A stretch of DNA of 5,642 nucleotides from PVC group bacterium (GTDB lineage Bacteria; GCA-001730085; JADFSZ01): assembly GCA_022560555.1 (NCBI GenBank), contig JADFSZ010000120.1, positions 1 to 5,642 on the forward strand, given 5' to 3'. A model generated the notes under the pieces. It saw nothing but the letters and a program-made list of their open reading frames with translations. It was not told where the DNA came from and ran no database searches. Of this stretch, positions 1-5,642 are shown piece by piece; within the stretch, counting starts at the first letter, position 1; each line of letters opens with the position of its first letter. Position numbers and translations under genes: made by a program.

Positions 1-120
1 ATTCAAACCGATAAGGTGCAAAAAATCAAGGGAATGAATATCGCTTTTGATACATCAACAGATTCTGATGAGGAATCGCAAGAGTTGTTGCGTTTGTTCG
101 GAATGCCGTTTCGTCAGTAG
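1..120 (+). CDS. rplE: 50S ribosomal protein L5, C-terminal fragment (5' end lies outside the window)
   Basis: Frame 1 is open from base 1 and reads IQTDKVQKIKGMNIAFDTSTDSDEESQELLRLFGMPFRQ*, with TAG at 118-120. The ...GM-I-..T....DEE...LL..(F/L)GMPF(R/Q) tail is the conserved L5 C-terminus. The position directly upstream of rpsN matches spc operon order. Confidence 0.85.
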   Translation: MQTDKVQKIKGMNIAFDTSTDSDEESQELLRLFGMPFRQ

Positions 121-123
121 TTT

Positions 124-130
124 AAGGAGG
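124..130 (+). promoter_or_regulatory. Shine-Dalgarno (AAGGAGG) for rpsN
   Basis: A perfect AAGGAGG lies 5 nt upstream of the GTG start at 136. Confidence 0.8.
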
Positions 131-135
131 AATTT

Positions 136-321
136 GTGGCAAAGAAATGTAAAGTTGAGAGCGCGAAAAGAGAACCGAGATTTAAGGTTCGTCAACATAA
201 CCGATGTCATTTGTGTGGTAGGCCCAAGGCGTTTATCCGTCGATTCAATATGTGCCGGATTTGCTTTCGGAATTTGGCCAGTCGCGGAGAGTTGCCGGGT
301 GTCCTGAAATCCAGCTGGTAG
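136..321 (+). CDS. rpsN: 30S ribosomal protein S14, short type-Z zinc-ribbon form (61 aa, GTG start)
   Basis: The translation [61 protein letters not shown] has the typical 61-aa S14 type-Z length. It carries CxxC-x12-CxxC (C24, C27, C40, C43; nt 205-264) and the ...PGV.K.SW C-terminus. A strong SD precedes it, and it sits between rplE and rpsH. Confidence 0.95.
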   Translation: MAKKCKVESAKREPRFKVRQHNRCHLCGRPKAFIRRFNMCRICFRNLASRGELPGVLKSSW

Positions 322-418
322 AAGACAGAAAACAGAAGACAGAAAAGCAGAAGACAGAAAACAGAAGACAGAAAAACAGAAAACAGAAGGCAGAAGACAG
401 AAGATAGAAAACAGAGAA
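319..418 (+). repeat. Tandem heptamer array, consensus CAGAARA, about 14 units (7 copies of a 14-15 nt CAGAAGACAGAAAA super-unit)
   Basis: Units read directly: TAGAAGA(319) CAGAAAA(326) CAGAAGA(333) CAGAAAAG(340) CAGAAGA(348) CAGAAAA(355) CAGAAGA(362) CAGAAAAA(369) CAGAAAA(377) CAGAAGG(384) CAGAAGA(391) CAGAAGA(398) TAGAAAA(405) CAGAGAA(412). Decayed copies CTGAAGA(428) and CATGAGA(435) follow. Positions 322-419 contain 85 purines, 12 C and a single T. Confidence 0.95.
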
Positions 419-437
419 ATCTGATCTCTGAAGACAT

Positions 438-444
438 GAGAGGA
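438..444 (+). promoter_or_regulatory. Shine-Dalgarno (GAGAGGA) for rpsH
   Basis: The GAGG core at 440-443 lies 9 nt upstream of the ATG at 453. It falls inside the last decayed repeat unit. Confidence 0.6.
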
Positions 445-452
445 CACAAAAA

Positions 453-851
453 ATGACAATGACCGATCCCATAGCAGCCATGTTAACAAAAATGCGAAAT
501 GCCATTGGGGCTAAGAACGAAAAAGTTCAAATACCATGCTCGAAAATCAAGGTCGCTATTGCAAAAATTCTTAAAGACGAAGGCTTCATTCGAGCTTACA
601 AGATTCTTGAGGCAGATATACAAGCCTCCATTGATATTACCTTGAAATACACAGAAGAGGGGGAACCTGTGATGTCTATGCTGCGGCGTGTGAGTAAACC
701 CGGCTTAAGGCGGTATAGTCCTTCGAAAGAAATTAAATCCGTTATACGAGGGCGGGGAATCTCGATCATGTCAACATCTAAAGGTATTATGACCGGAGAA
801 AACGCCCGTAAAGAGAATGTAGGCGGTGAAGTTTTGTGCGAAATTTGGTAA
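453..851 (+). CDS. rpsH: 30S ribosomal protein S8 (132 aa)
   Basis: The N-terminus MTMTDPIAAMLTKMRNA matches the conserved S8 start (M-x-MTDPIADMLTRIRNA). The C-terminus ...GGEVLCEIW is typical. Length and operon position fit. Confidence 0.95.
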   Translation: MTMTDPIAAMLTKMRNAIGAKNEKVQIPCSKIKVAIAKILKDEGFIRAYKILEADIQASIDITLKYTEEGEPVMSMLRRVSKPGLRRYSPSKEIKSVIRGRGISIMSTSKGIMTGENARKENVGGEVLCEIW

Positions 852-870
852 AAGTTTTAGAGGAACCATT

Positions 871-1407
871 ATGTCTCGTATTGGAAAAAAACCGATTGCT
901 ATTCCGAAGGGAGTTAAACTTGTTTTCGCGAACAACGAGGTTGTTTGCGAGGGGCCCAAAGGAAAACTTTTTCAGAAATTGCATGAGCTTATTCAGGTGA
1001 CTATCGAGGACATGGAAGTCAGGGTTTCTGTTGAAGGTCAAACGAAAAGCGCCCGCGCGATGCATGGTTTGGGACGGGCCTTGATTGCCAACATGATTCA
1101 AGGTGTTACCGAAGGGTATGAAAAATCCCTTTTACTTACCGGCGTTGGATTCCGCGGGCAGATTCAAGGAAAAACTCTCAACCTTCAATTGGGTTACTCG
1201 CATCCTATTCTTTACCAAATTCCGGACGGGGTAAGCCTAGAGATGCCGTCCGCGACGGAAATTACAATTAAAGGAATCGATAAACAAGCCGTGGGGCAAG
1301 TTGCGGCCAATATTCGCCAGTTTTATGTTCCGGAACCTTACAAAGGCAAAGGAGTTTCCTACAAGGGGGAACAAATTCGCCGTAAAGCCGGAAAAACAGT
1401 GGCGTAG
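871..1407 (+). CDS. rplF: 50S ribosomal protein L6 (178 aa)
   Basis: [17 protein letters not shown]... is the canonical L6 N-terminus, and ...[22 protein letters not shown] is the conserved C-terminal motif. AGAGGA at 859-864 lies 6 nt before the ATG at 871. The ORF-track start at 826 would overlap rpsH and adds non-homologous residues. Confidence 0.95.
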   Translation: MSRIGKKPIAIPKGVKLVFANNEVVCEGPKGKLFQKLHELIQVTIEDMEVRVSVEGQTKSARAMHGLGRALIANMIQGVTEGYEKSLLLTGVGFRGQIQGKTLNLQLGYSHPILYQIPDGVSLEMPSATEITIKGIDKQAVGQVAANIRQFYVPEPYKGKGVSYKGEQIRRKAGKTVA

Positions 1408-1424
1408 GAATATCAAGGTGTCAT

Positions 1425-1796
1425 ATGGCAAGGTTACCGAGTGAATTGAAAAAAAAATACAGATCCCGTTTAAGACGAAAGCGGCTGATTCGCAGTCGTG
1501 TTATCGGAACTATGGAGAGACCGAGGCTCAGCGTGAAGGTCTCAACAAGGCATATCTATGTTCAGGTAATCGATGACATGAATGGACGTACGATATGTGC
1601 TGTATCCACCGTCACAAAAGACACGAAAAACACTCAAAAAAATGTTAAATCCGCGTACAAAATTGGCGAAGATACCGCGCTGTTAGCGAAAAAGAAAAAT
1701 ATAAAAAAAGTGGTTTTTGATAGGAATGGGCGGCTGTATCACGGAAGGGTTAAAGCCGTTGCCGACGGGGCCCGTAAAGCGGGATTGCAGTTTTAA
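1425..1796 (+). CDS. rplR: 50S ribosomal protein L18 (123 aa)
   Basis: It has a basic N-terminus followed by [20 protein letters not shown] (the L18 R.S.RHIYAQ.ID motif). The tail ...[26 protein letters not shown] is the canonical L18 C-terminus. Confidence 0.92.
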   Translation: MARLPSELKKKYRSRLRRKRLIRSRVIGTMERPRLSVKVSTRHIYVQVIDDMNGRTICAVSTVTKDTKNTQKNVKSAYKIGEDTALLAKKKNIKKVVFDRNGRLYHGRVKAVADGARKAGLQF

Positions 1797-1831
1797 ACAC
1801 CTAAAATATAAAATGAAAAGGTTGTTGTGAA

Positions 1832-2359
1832 ATGAATAAAGGCAAAACAAACCCGAATAGAATGATGAATTCGTCAGATCAAGCTCCTGAGTTTCTTGAC
1901 AATGTCATCCGTATTCGACGGGTGGCGAAAGTTGTTAAGGGAGGGAGGCGTTTTAGCCTAGCGGCTCTTGTTGTCGTCGGAGACGGGAATGGCCGCTTGG
2001 GTATCGGAAACGGGAAAGCGAGGGAAGTTCCCGATGCGATTCGAAAAGCGATGGAGCAGGCGAAGAAATCGATGGTTTCCTTTGCGCAAGAAGGATCAAC
2101 CATTCCTCATGAAGTGATCGGTCGTTTTAAGGCCTCACGTGTGCTTCTCAAACCTGCCGCTAAAGGGACAGGGTTGATTGCCGGAGGAGCCGTTCGGTCT
2201 GTTTTAGAGGTTTCGGGCATCCACGATATTTTGACAAAATCACTAGGGAGTCCCAATTCCCTCAATGTGGCCAAAGCCACGATCAATGGTCTGTGTCAGT
2301 TAAAAGATGCTTTAAAAGTTGAGCAAGCAAGAGGGGTGAAGCTAAATGCACTTGAGTAA
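1832..2359 (+). CDS. rpsE: 30S ribosomal protein S5 (175 aa; exact start uncertain)
   Basis: [48 protein letters not shown] is the S5 dsRBD core, and ...[31 protein letters not shown]...AT is the S5 C-domain. The SD before 1832 is weak. The in-frame ATGs at 1862 and 1865 are alternative starts and would give a more typical N-terminal length. Confidence 0.9.
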   Translation: MNKGKTNPNRMMNSSDQAPEFLDNVIRIRRVAKVVKGGRRFSLAALVVVGDGNGRLGIGNGKAREVPDAIRKAMEQAKKSMVSFAQEGSTIPHEVIGRFKASRVLLKPAAKGTGLIAGGAVRSVLEVSGIHDILTKSLGSPNSLNVAKATINGLCQLKDALKVEQARGVKLNALE

Positions 2360-2789
2360 TTTACAACCAAACCCTGCTTACACCAAGAAGAGAAAACGCG
2401 TGGGGCGCGGCCCGGGTTCGGGGCATGGAAAAACGAGCTGCCGTGGACACAAAGGGAGCAAGCAACGTTCGAGCGGCAATGTTGGGCCCCTTTACGAGGG
2501 AGGCCAAATGCCTTTGCATCGCAGGCTGCCTAAGCGTGGGTTCACCAATATATTTAAAAAACACTATGCGATCGTTAATCTGAAAGATCTTGAGCGATTT
2601 GACGCGAATACGGTTGTTGATTTAGAGCTCTTGCTTCATCAAAATGTTTTAAAAAAGCCCTATGATGGATTGCGTGTTTTAGGTCTTGGAGAACTTACGA
2701 AACCTTTAACGGTTAAAGCGGATCATGTGTCCAAAAGTGCCGGTGAAAAAATCAAGCACGCCGGCGGTAAAGTCGAAGTGGCAGGGTAA
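2346..2789 (+). CDS. rplO: 50S ribosomal protein L15 (147 aa)
   Basis: [43 protein letters not shown] matches the L15 N-terminus (L..L.P..G..K..KRVGRG.GSG.GKT.GRGHKGQK.RSG). The start overlaps the rpsE 3' end by 14 nt. Confidence 0.94.
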   Translation: MHLSNLQPNPAYTKKRKRVGRGPGSGHGKTSCRGHKGSKQRSSGNVGPLYEGGQMPLHRRLPKRGFTNIFKKHYAIVNLKDLERFDANTVVDLELLLHQNVLKKPYDGLRVLGLGELTKPLTVKADHVSKSAGEKIKHAGGKVEVAG

Positions 2790-2795
2790 GCGGCT

Positions 2796-4148
2796 ATGTT
2801 AAAGGCGTACCTGAATATTTTCAAGATTGCCGATCTGAGAAAAAAGATACTTTTGACACTGGGTTTACTTGTGATTTACCGGGTCGGATCGTATATACCC
2901 ACACCCGGGGTTGACGGACGTGCCTTATCCGCGTTTTTTGCGGATATTGCCGCTAAGCAGGGGAGTACAATTTTCGGTTTGATGGACTTGTTTTCCGGAG
3001 GAGCCGTATCGAACTGTACTATTTTTGCTCTCGGGATTATGCCTTACATCAGCTCCTCGATTATTTTGCAGCTGATGACAGTTGTTATCCCCCACTTGGA
3101 GCGCCTCGCTAAAGAAGGCGGAGAAGAAGGACGTAAAAAGATTAACCAGTACACGCGCTACGGTACTGTTGTGTTGTCGTTGATTCAATCGTTCTTTATA
3201 TCTCTATGGTTACAGAATCCTAATAGTTTTCAAGGAACTATTATTGTTTCCACGCCCGGAGTCCCGTTTATCCTTTTGGTGATGATTACGCTTACGGCCG
3301 GAACCGCGTTTATCATGTGGTTGGGTGAACAAATTACGGAACGCGGCATCGGAAACGGGATTTCGATCATTATTATGGCGGGGATCATCAGTCAGTTGCC
3401 GATCGCGTTAGGACAATTATGGACTCTATTTTCGTTTACGGATCCCGCGAGACGGCAGATCCCTTTGGGGTATGGACTTGTGATGATCGTCTTATTTGTG
3501 TTTGTCGTCATGGGAACCATCCTTTTGACGCAGGGGCAGCGCAAAATCCCTGTTCAGTATGCCAAGAGAGTGGTTGGGCGAAAAGTCTACGGAGGGCAAA
3601 GTCAGTATATCCCTTTAAGGATCAATCACGGGGGCGTGATTCCGATTATTTTTGCTTCGTCGATTTTGATGTTCCCGTCGACGATAGCCAGTTTTTCTTC
3701 GGCGCCTTGGCTGCAGTCTTTTGCGGCGGCTTTTATGAGGCAAGAAGGATTTTATAATGTTGTCTATATGCTGCTGATTATATTTTTCGCGTATTTTTAT
3801 ACCGCGATTACATTCAATCCTATTGAAATTGCGGACAATATGAAAAAATACGGCGGATTTGTTCCCGGAATCAGACCCGGGCGGCCTACGGCCGAGTTCT
3901 TTGACAATATCATCACAAAAATCACTTTGGCCGGATCTGTTGGATTAGCTTTTATAGCTGTATTGCCGAATATTATCAGTCGATCCTTAAATATTCCGTT
4001 TAAAGTAGCGAGTTTCATGGGAGGCACCGGGCTGCTGATTATCGTTGGAGTGATGTTGGACACCATGAAACAAGTTGAGGGGCAATTGATGATGCATCAT
4101 TATGATGGTTTTATGAAAAAAGGCCGTATTAAAGGACGCCATTATTAA
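2796..4148 (+). CDS. secY: Preprotein translocase subunit SecY (450 aa)
   Basis: Length and hydrophobic profile fit a 10-TM protein. Conserved segments include GSYIPTPGVD, LFSGGA....IFALGIMPYISSSII.QL, GR.KINQYTRY, WLGEQITE.GIGNG.S..I and the C-terminal HYDGFMKKGRIKGR. It sits directly after rplO. Confidence 0.97.
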   Translation: MLKAYLNIFKIADLRKKILLTLGLLVIYRVGSYIPTPGVDGRALSAFFADIAAKQGSTIFGLMDLFSGGAVSNCTIFALGIMPYISSSIILQLMTVVIPHLERLAKEGGEEGRKKINQYTRYGTVVLSLIQSFFISLWLQNPNSFQGTIIVSTPGVPFILLVMITLTAGTAFIMWLGEQITERGIGNGISIIIMAGIISQLPIALGQLWTLFSFTDPARRQIPLGYGLVMIVLFVFVVMGTILLTQGQRKIPVQYAKRVVGRKVYGGQSQYIPLRINHGGVIPIIFASSILMFPSTIASFSSAPWLQSFAAAFMRQEGFYNVVYMLLIIFFAYFYTAITFNPIEIADNMKKYGGFVPGIRPGRPTAEFFDNIITKITLAGSVGLAFIAVLPNIISRSLNIPFKVASFMGGTGLLIIVGVMLDTMKQVEGQLMMHHYDGFMKKGRIKGRHY

Positions 4149-4150
4149 TT

Positions 4151-4188
4151 GCGAATCGGAAAAAATCGATTCCGCAGCTGTTCGGAAT
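4151..4188 (+). promoter_or_regulatory. Two overlapping, mutually exclusive RNA hairpins in the secY-adk spacer (function unproven)
   Basis: Hairpin A: GAATCG(4153-4158)/CGATTC(4167-4172), extendable by GC(4151-4152)/GC(4174-4175) with C4173 bulged, and an A-rich loop. Hairpin B: ATTCCG(4169-4174)/CGGAAT(4183-4188), with loop CAGCTGTT. Both need nt 4169-4174. The 3' arm of B covers the only SD-like GGAA (4184-4187) before the adk ATG. Confidence 0.3.
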
Positions 4189-4194
4189 AGCCCC

Positions 4195-4839
4195 ATGCGG
4201 ATTGCCTTATTAGGAGCTCCGGGTTCAGGAAAAGGGACACAAGCCCTGATGCTTCAAAAACGACTTGGGCTTATTCATATCTCAACAGGAGATATTTTTA
4301 GAGCATCCGTGAAGAGTCAAAGTGTTCTGGGCGAAAAAGCAAAGACTTATATGGACCAGGGAGAATTGATACCGGATCCGATTGTTGTTGAACTTGTTAT
4401 AGAAAGATTGCAAAAGTTGGATTGTCAGAAAGGATACATTTTAGACGGATTTCCAAGAACAAAAACACAGGCGGAAGCTTTAGAGGATACGGAATTCGGT
4501 GTTGAAATCGTGTTGTGTTTGGATGTTCCTGACGAAGAGCTTGTCAAAAGGCTTACAGGCCGCCAGACATGTTTGACGTGCGGACATTTGTATCATATGA
4601 CTTCCTCGGCGCCTAAGCAAGCGGGCGTATGCGACCAATGCCAAGGTTTATTAAAGATTCGTGATGACGATTTGCCTGATGTTGTTAAGAAACGCCTTGA
4701 GGTTTATAAAAGACTTACGTTGCCCGTTGTTACGTTTTATCGAGAAAAAAAGAAATTGATTGATATTAATGGACATCAAGAAATCGATCAGATTTTCCAT
4801 GAAATACTCCAAGAGCTAACGCGGGAGCAGCTAAAATAG
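4195..4839 (+). CDS. adk: Adenylate kinase, long form with Cys4 zinc LID (214 aa)
   Basis: MRIALLGAPGSGKGTQA contains the P-loop, and the GYILDGFPRT motif is present. The LID has CLTC-x16-CDQC (C126, C129, C146, C149; nt 4570-4641). It occupies the canonical secY-adk-map position. Confidence 0.95.
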   Translation: MRIALLGAPGSGKGTQALMLQKRLGLIHISTGDIFRASVKSQSVLGEKAKTYMDQGELIPDPIVVELVIERLQKLDCQKGYILDGFPRTKTQAEALEDTEFGVEIVLCLDVPDEELVKRLTGRQTCLTCGHLYHMTSSAPKQAGVCDQCQGLLKIRDDDLPDVVKKRLEVYKRLTLPVVTFYREKKKLIDINGHQEIDQIFHEILQELTREQLK

Positions 4840-4868
4840 ATTTTGAATAATTGTGTCGTGATAAATAT

Positions 4869-5630
4869 ATGATTGTCTTAAAAAGTCCAGCTGAAATTGA
4901 GATTATGCGTCAGGCTGGTCGTATTTTGGCCGATATAATGGACACGCTCATTGATAAAGTTAAACCCGGTATCACCACCTTGGAACTGGATAAGACGGCG
5001 GAAGCCCAATTAAAAAAGAGTGGGGCCACTCCGGCATTCAAGGGTTATCGCGGTTTTCCAAGAAGCATTTGTGTCTCCGTGAACGAAGAAGTTGTTCACG
5101 GTATTCCCGGGGCTAGATGTCTTTTGGAAGGCGATATCGTCAGTATCGATATCGGTGTGAGGTATAACGGCTTATATTCGGATTCGGCTGTGACTGTTGG
5201 TGTCGGAGCTATTGACGATGAAAAGCAAAGGCTGATCGATACCGCAAAAGAAGCTTTAACTTCCGGGATCGAAGCGATGACCACTGCCAATCGTTTGAGT
5301 GACATTTGCGCGTCTATACAGAAGGTGATTGAAGGTCATGGGTTTTCTATTGTGAGAGATTTTGTCGGACACGGTATCGGCTCAGAGCTTCATGAGGACC
5401 CCCAAATTCCGAATTTTGGCGAACCGGGGCACGGAGCGCGCATTAAAGAAGGAATGGTTTTTGCTATTGAGCCGATGGTGAACGCGGGTTGTGCTGATGT
5501 TAGAATTGATAATGATGATAAGTGGACTGTCAAAACCGTGGATAAAAAACCGTCAGCCCATTTTGAACATACGGTAGCCCTTACCCATAAAGGGCAGGAG
5601 ATATTAACATGGCGAAAGACGCACCCATAG
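4869..5630 (+). CDS. map: Methionine aminopeptidase, type I (253 aa)
   Basis: MIVLKSPAEIEIMRQAG is the typical MetAP N-terminus. Metal-ligand contexts are present: GDIVSIDIG (two Asp), FVGHGIG (His), FAIEPM (Glu) and HFEHTV (Glu). The ORF-track TTG start at 4851 adds 6 non-conserved residues, so the ATG at 4869 is preferred even though its SD is poor. Confidence 0.93.
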   Translation: MIVLKSPAEIEIMRQAGRILADIMDTLIDKVKPGITTLELDKTAEAQLKKSGATPAFKGYRGFPRSICVSVNEEVVHGIPGARCLLEGDIVSIDIGVRYNGLYSDSAVTVGVGAIDDEKQRLIDTAKEALTSGIEAMTTANRLSDICASIQKVIEGHGFSIVRDFVGHGIGSELHEDPQIPNFGEPGHGARIKEGMVFAIEPMVNAGCADVRIDNDDKWTVKTVDKKPSAHFEHTVALTHKGQEILTWRKTHP

Positions 5631-5642
5631 AAGATGAGGGTG
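5609..5642 (+). CDS. infA: Translation initiation factor IF-1, first 11 codons (3' end lies outside the window)
   Basis: The ATG at 5609 opens MAKDAPIEDEG..., which matches the IF-1 N-terminal pattern MAK(D/E)..IE.EG. AGGAG at 5596-5600 lies 8 nt upstream. infA normally follows map. The call rests on only 11 codons. Confidence 0.7.
   Translation, partial: MAKDAPIEDEG

Noticed and set aside
47-307. An 86-aa + strand ORF overlaps the rplE 3' end and rpsN out of frame.
   Set aside because: It is an alternative-frame shadow of two confidently identified r-protein genes, with a non-ATG start and no recognisable family features.
412-430. A small hairpin, CAGAGA(412-417)/TCTCTG(425-430) with a 7-nt loop, at the end of the array, considered as a possible terminator or S8 operator.
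   Set aside because: It has only 6 bp, half of them A-T, and no U-tract follows. It does not overlap the SD or the start codon. It is too weak to call without conservation data.
319-441. The repeat array considered as a CRISPR array, as an H-DNA or triplex tract, or as evidence of TAG reassignment.
   Set aside because: It is not CRISPR, because the units are 7-8 nt and contiguous with no spacers. A triplex is unlikely, because a C interrupts the purine strand every 7 nt. TAG reassignment is unlikely, because TAG ends rplE, rplF, adk and map at conserved C-termini.
436-456. A six-codon mini-ORF, ATG-AGA-GGA-CAC-AAA-AAA-TGA (MRGHKK), whose stop overlaps the rpsH ATG.
   Set aside because: No SD lies upstream of its ATG, and the rpsH SD lies inside it. 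The ATG sits in a decayed repeat unit (CATGAGA), so it is probably coincidental. The frame relationship is covered in the readthrough finding.
55-505. Three long minus-strand ORFs (55-489, 207-449, 245-505) encode F/C/L/S-rich low-complexity peptides across the repeat and antisense to rpsN.
   Set aside because: The + strand of the repeat has almost no T, so the minus strand cannot form stop codons there and the frames are open by composition. The peptides are repeat translations such as SVFCLL/FCFLSS. They lack SD and start context and overlap the well-supported rpsN and rpsH genes.
826-870. Upstream extended starts from the ORF track: 826 for rplF, and likewise TTG 4851 for map.
   Set aside because: The extensions add non-homologous residues, and for rplF the extension overlaps rpsH. 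The internal ATGs at 871 and 4869 reproduce the canonical family N-termini, and 871 has a good SD.
1785-1812. A sigma70-like TTGCAG-16 nt-TATAAA at the rplR-rpsE junction, considered as a possible internal promoter.
   Set aside because: The -35 element matches only 3 of 6 positions and lies inside the rplR coding sequence. AT-rich spacers generate such matches by chance. It cannot be supported without transcript-start data.
3419-3757. A 112-aa + strand ORF inside secY in another frame, plus assorted antisense ORFs (771-1101, 1237-1431, 1879-2103, 2361-2564, 2925-3188, 3797-4196, 5096-5305).
   Set aside because: All are fully nested in, or antisense to, strongly supported conserved genes. None has an SD or a recognisable motif, and their sizes are as expected by chance.
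1-5642. Looked for a hidden accessory or defence system, mobile element ends, integration scars or compositional breaks.
   Set aside because: Gene content and order are canonical spc-operon synteny. The genes are contiguous on one strand. I saw no inverted or direct terminal repeats and no abrupt shift in composition by eye. The only anomaly is the short repeat array reported above.

Overview
This window is a core housekeeping locus: the distal part of the spc ribosomal-protein operon and its usual downstream genes, all on the + strand and tightly packed. The order is rplE (3' end) - rpsN (61-aa zinc-ribbon type) - rpsH - rplF - rplR - rpsE - rplO - secY - adk - map - infA (5' end). Every gene is intact, with a normal N-terminus, C-terminus and family motifs. 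I see no tRNA or rRNA genes, no CRISPR array, no transposase, integrase or phage genes, and no defence or accessory genes. I therefore do not find a convincing new multi-gene system here. The ORFs on the minus strand and in alternative frames are shadows of the real genes. One structure is not explained by the gene map. The rpsN-rpsH spacer is 131 nt, while the other junctions range from a 22-nt overlap to a 46-nt gap. It is filled by about 14 tandem copies of a purine-rich heptamer, CAGAARA, arranged as 7 copies of a 14-15 nt unit. The array begins at the rpsN stop codon and decays into the rpsH Shine-Dalgarno. Smaller observations: rpmD (L30) is absent, because rpsE and rplO overlap. Two mutually exclusive hairpins lie in the secY-adk spacer, and one covers the adk SD-like GGAA. 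The infA start is buried 22 nt inside map. Both S14 and Adk are the Cys4 zinc-binding forms. Taxonomy cannot be assigned from this window alone.
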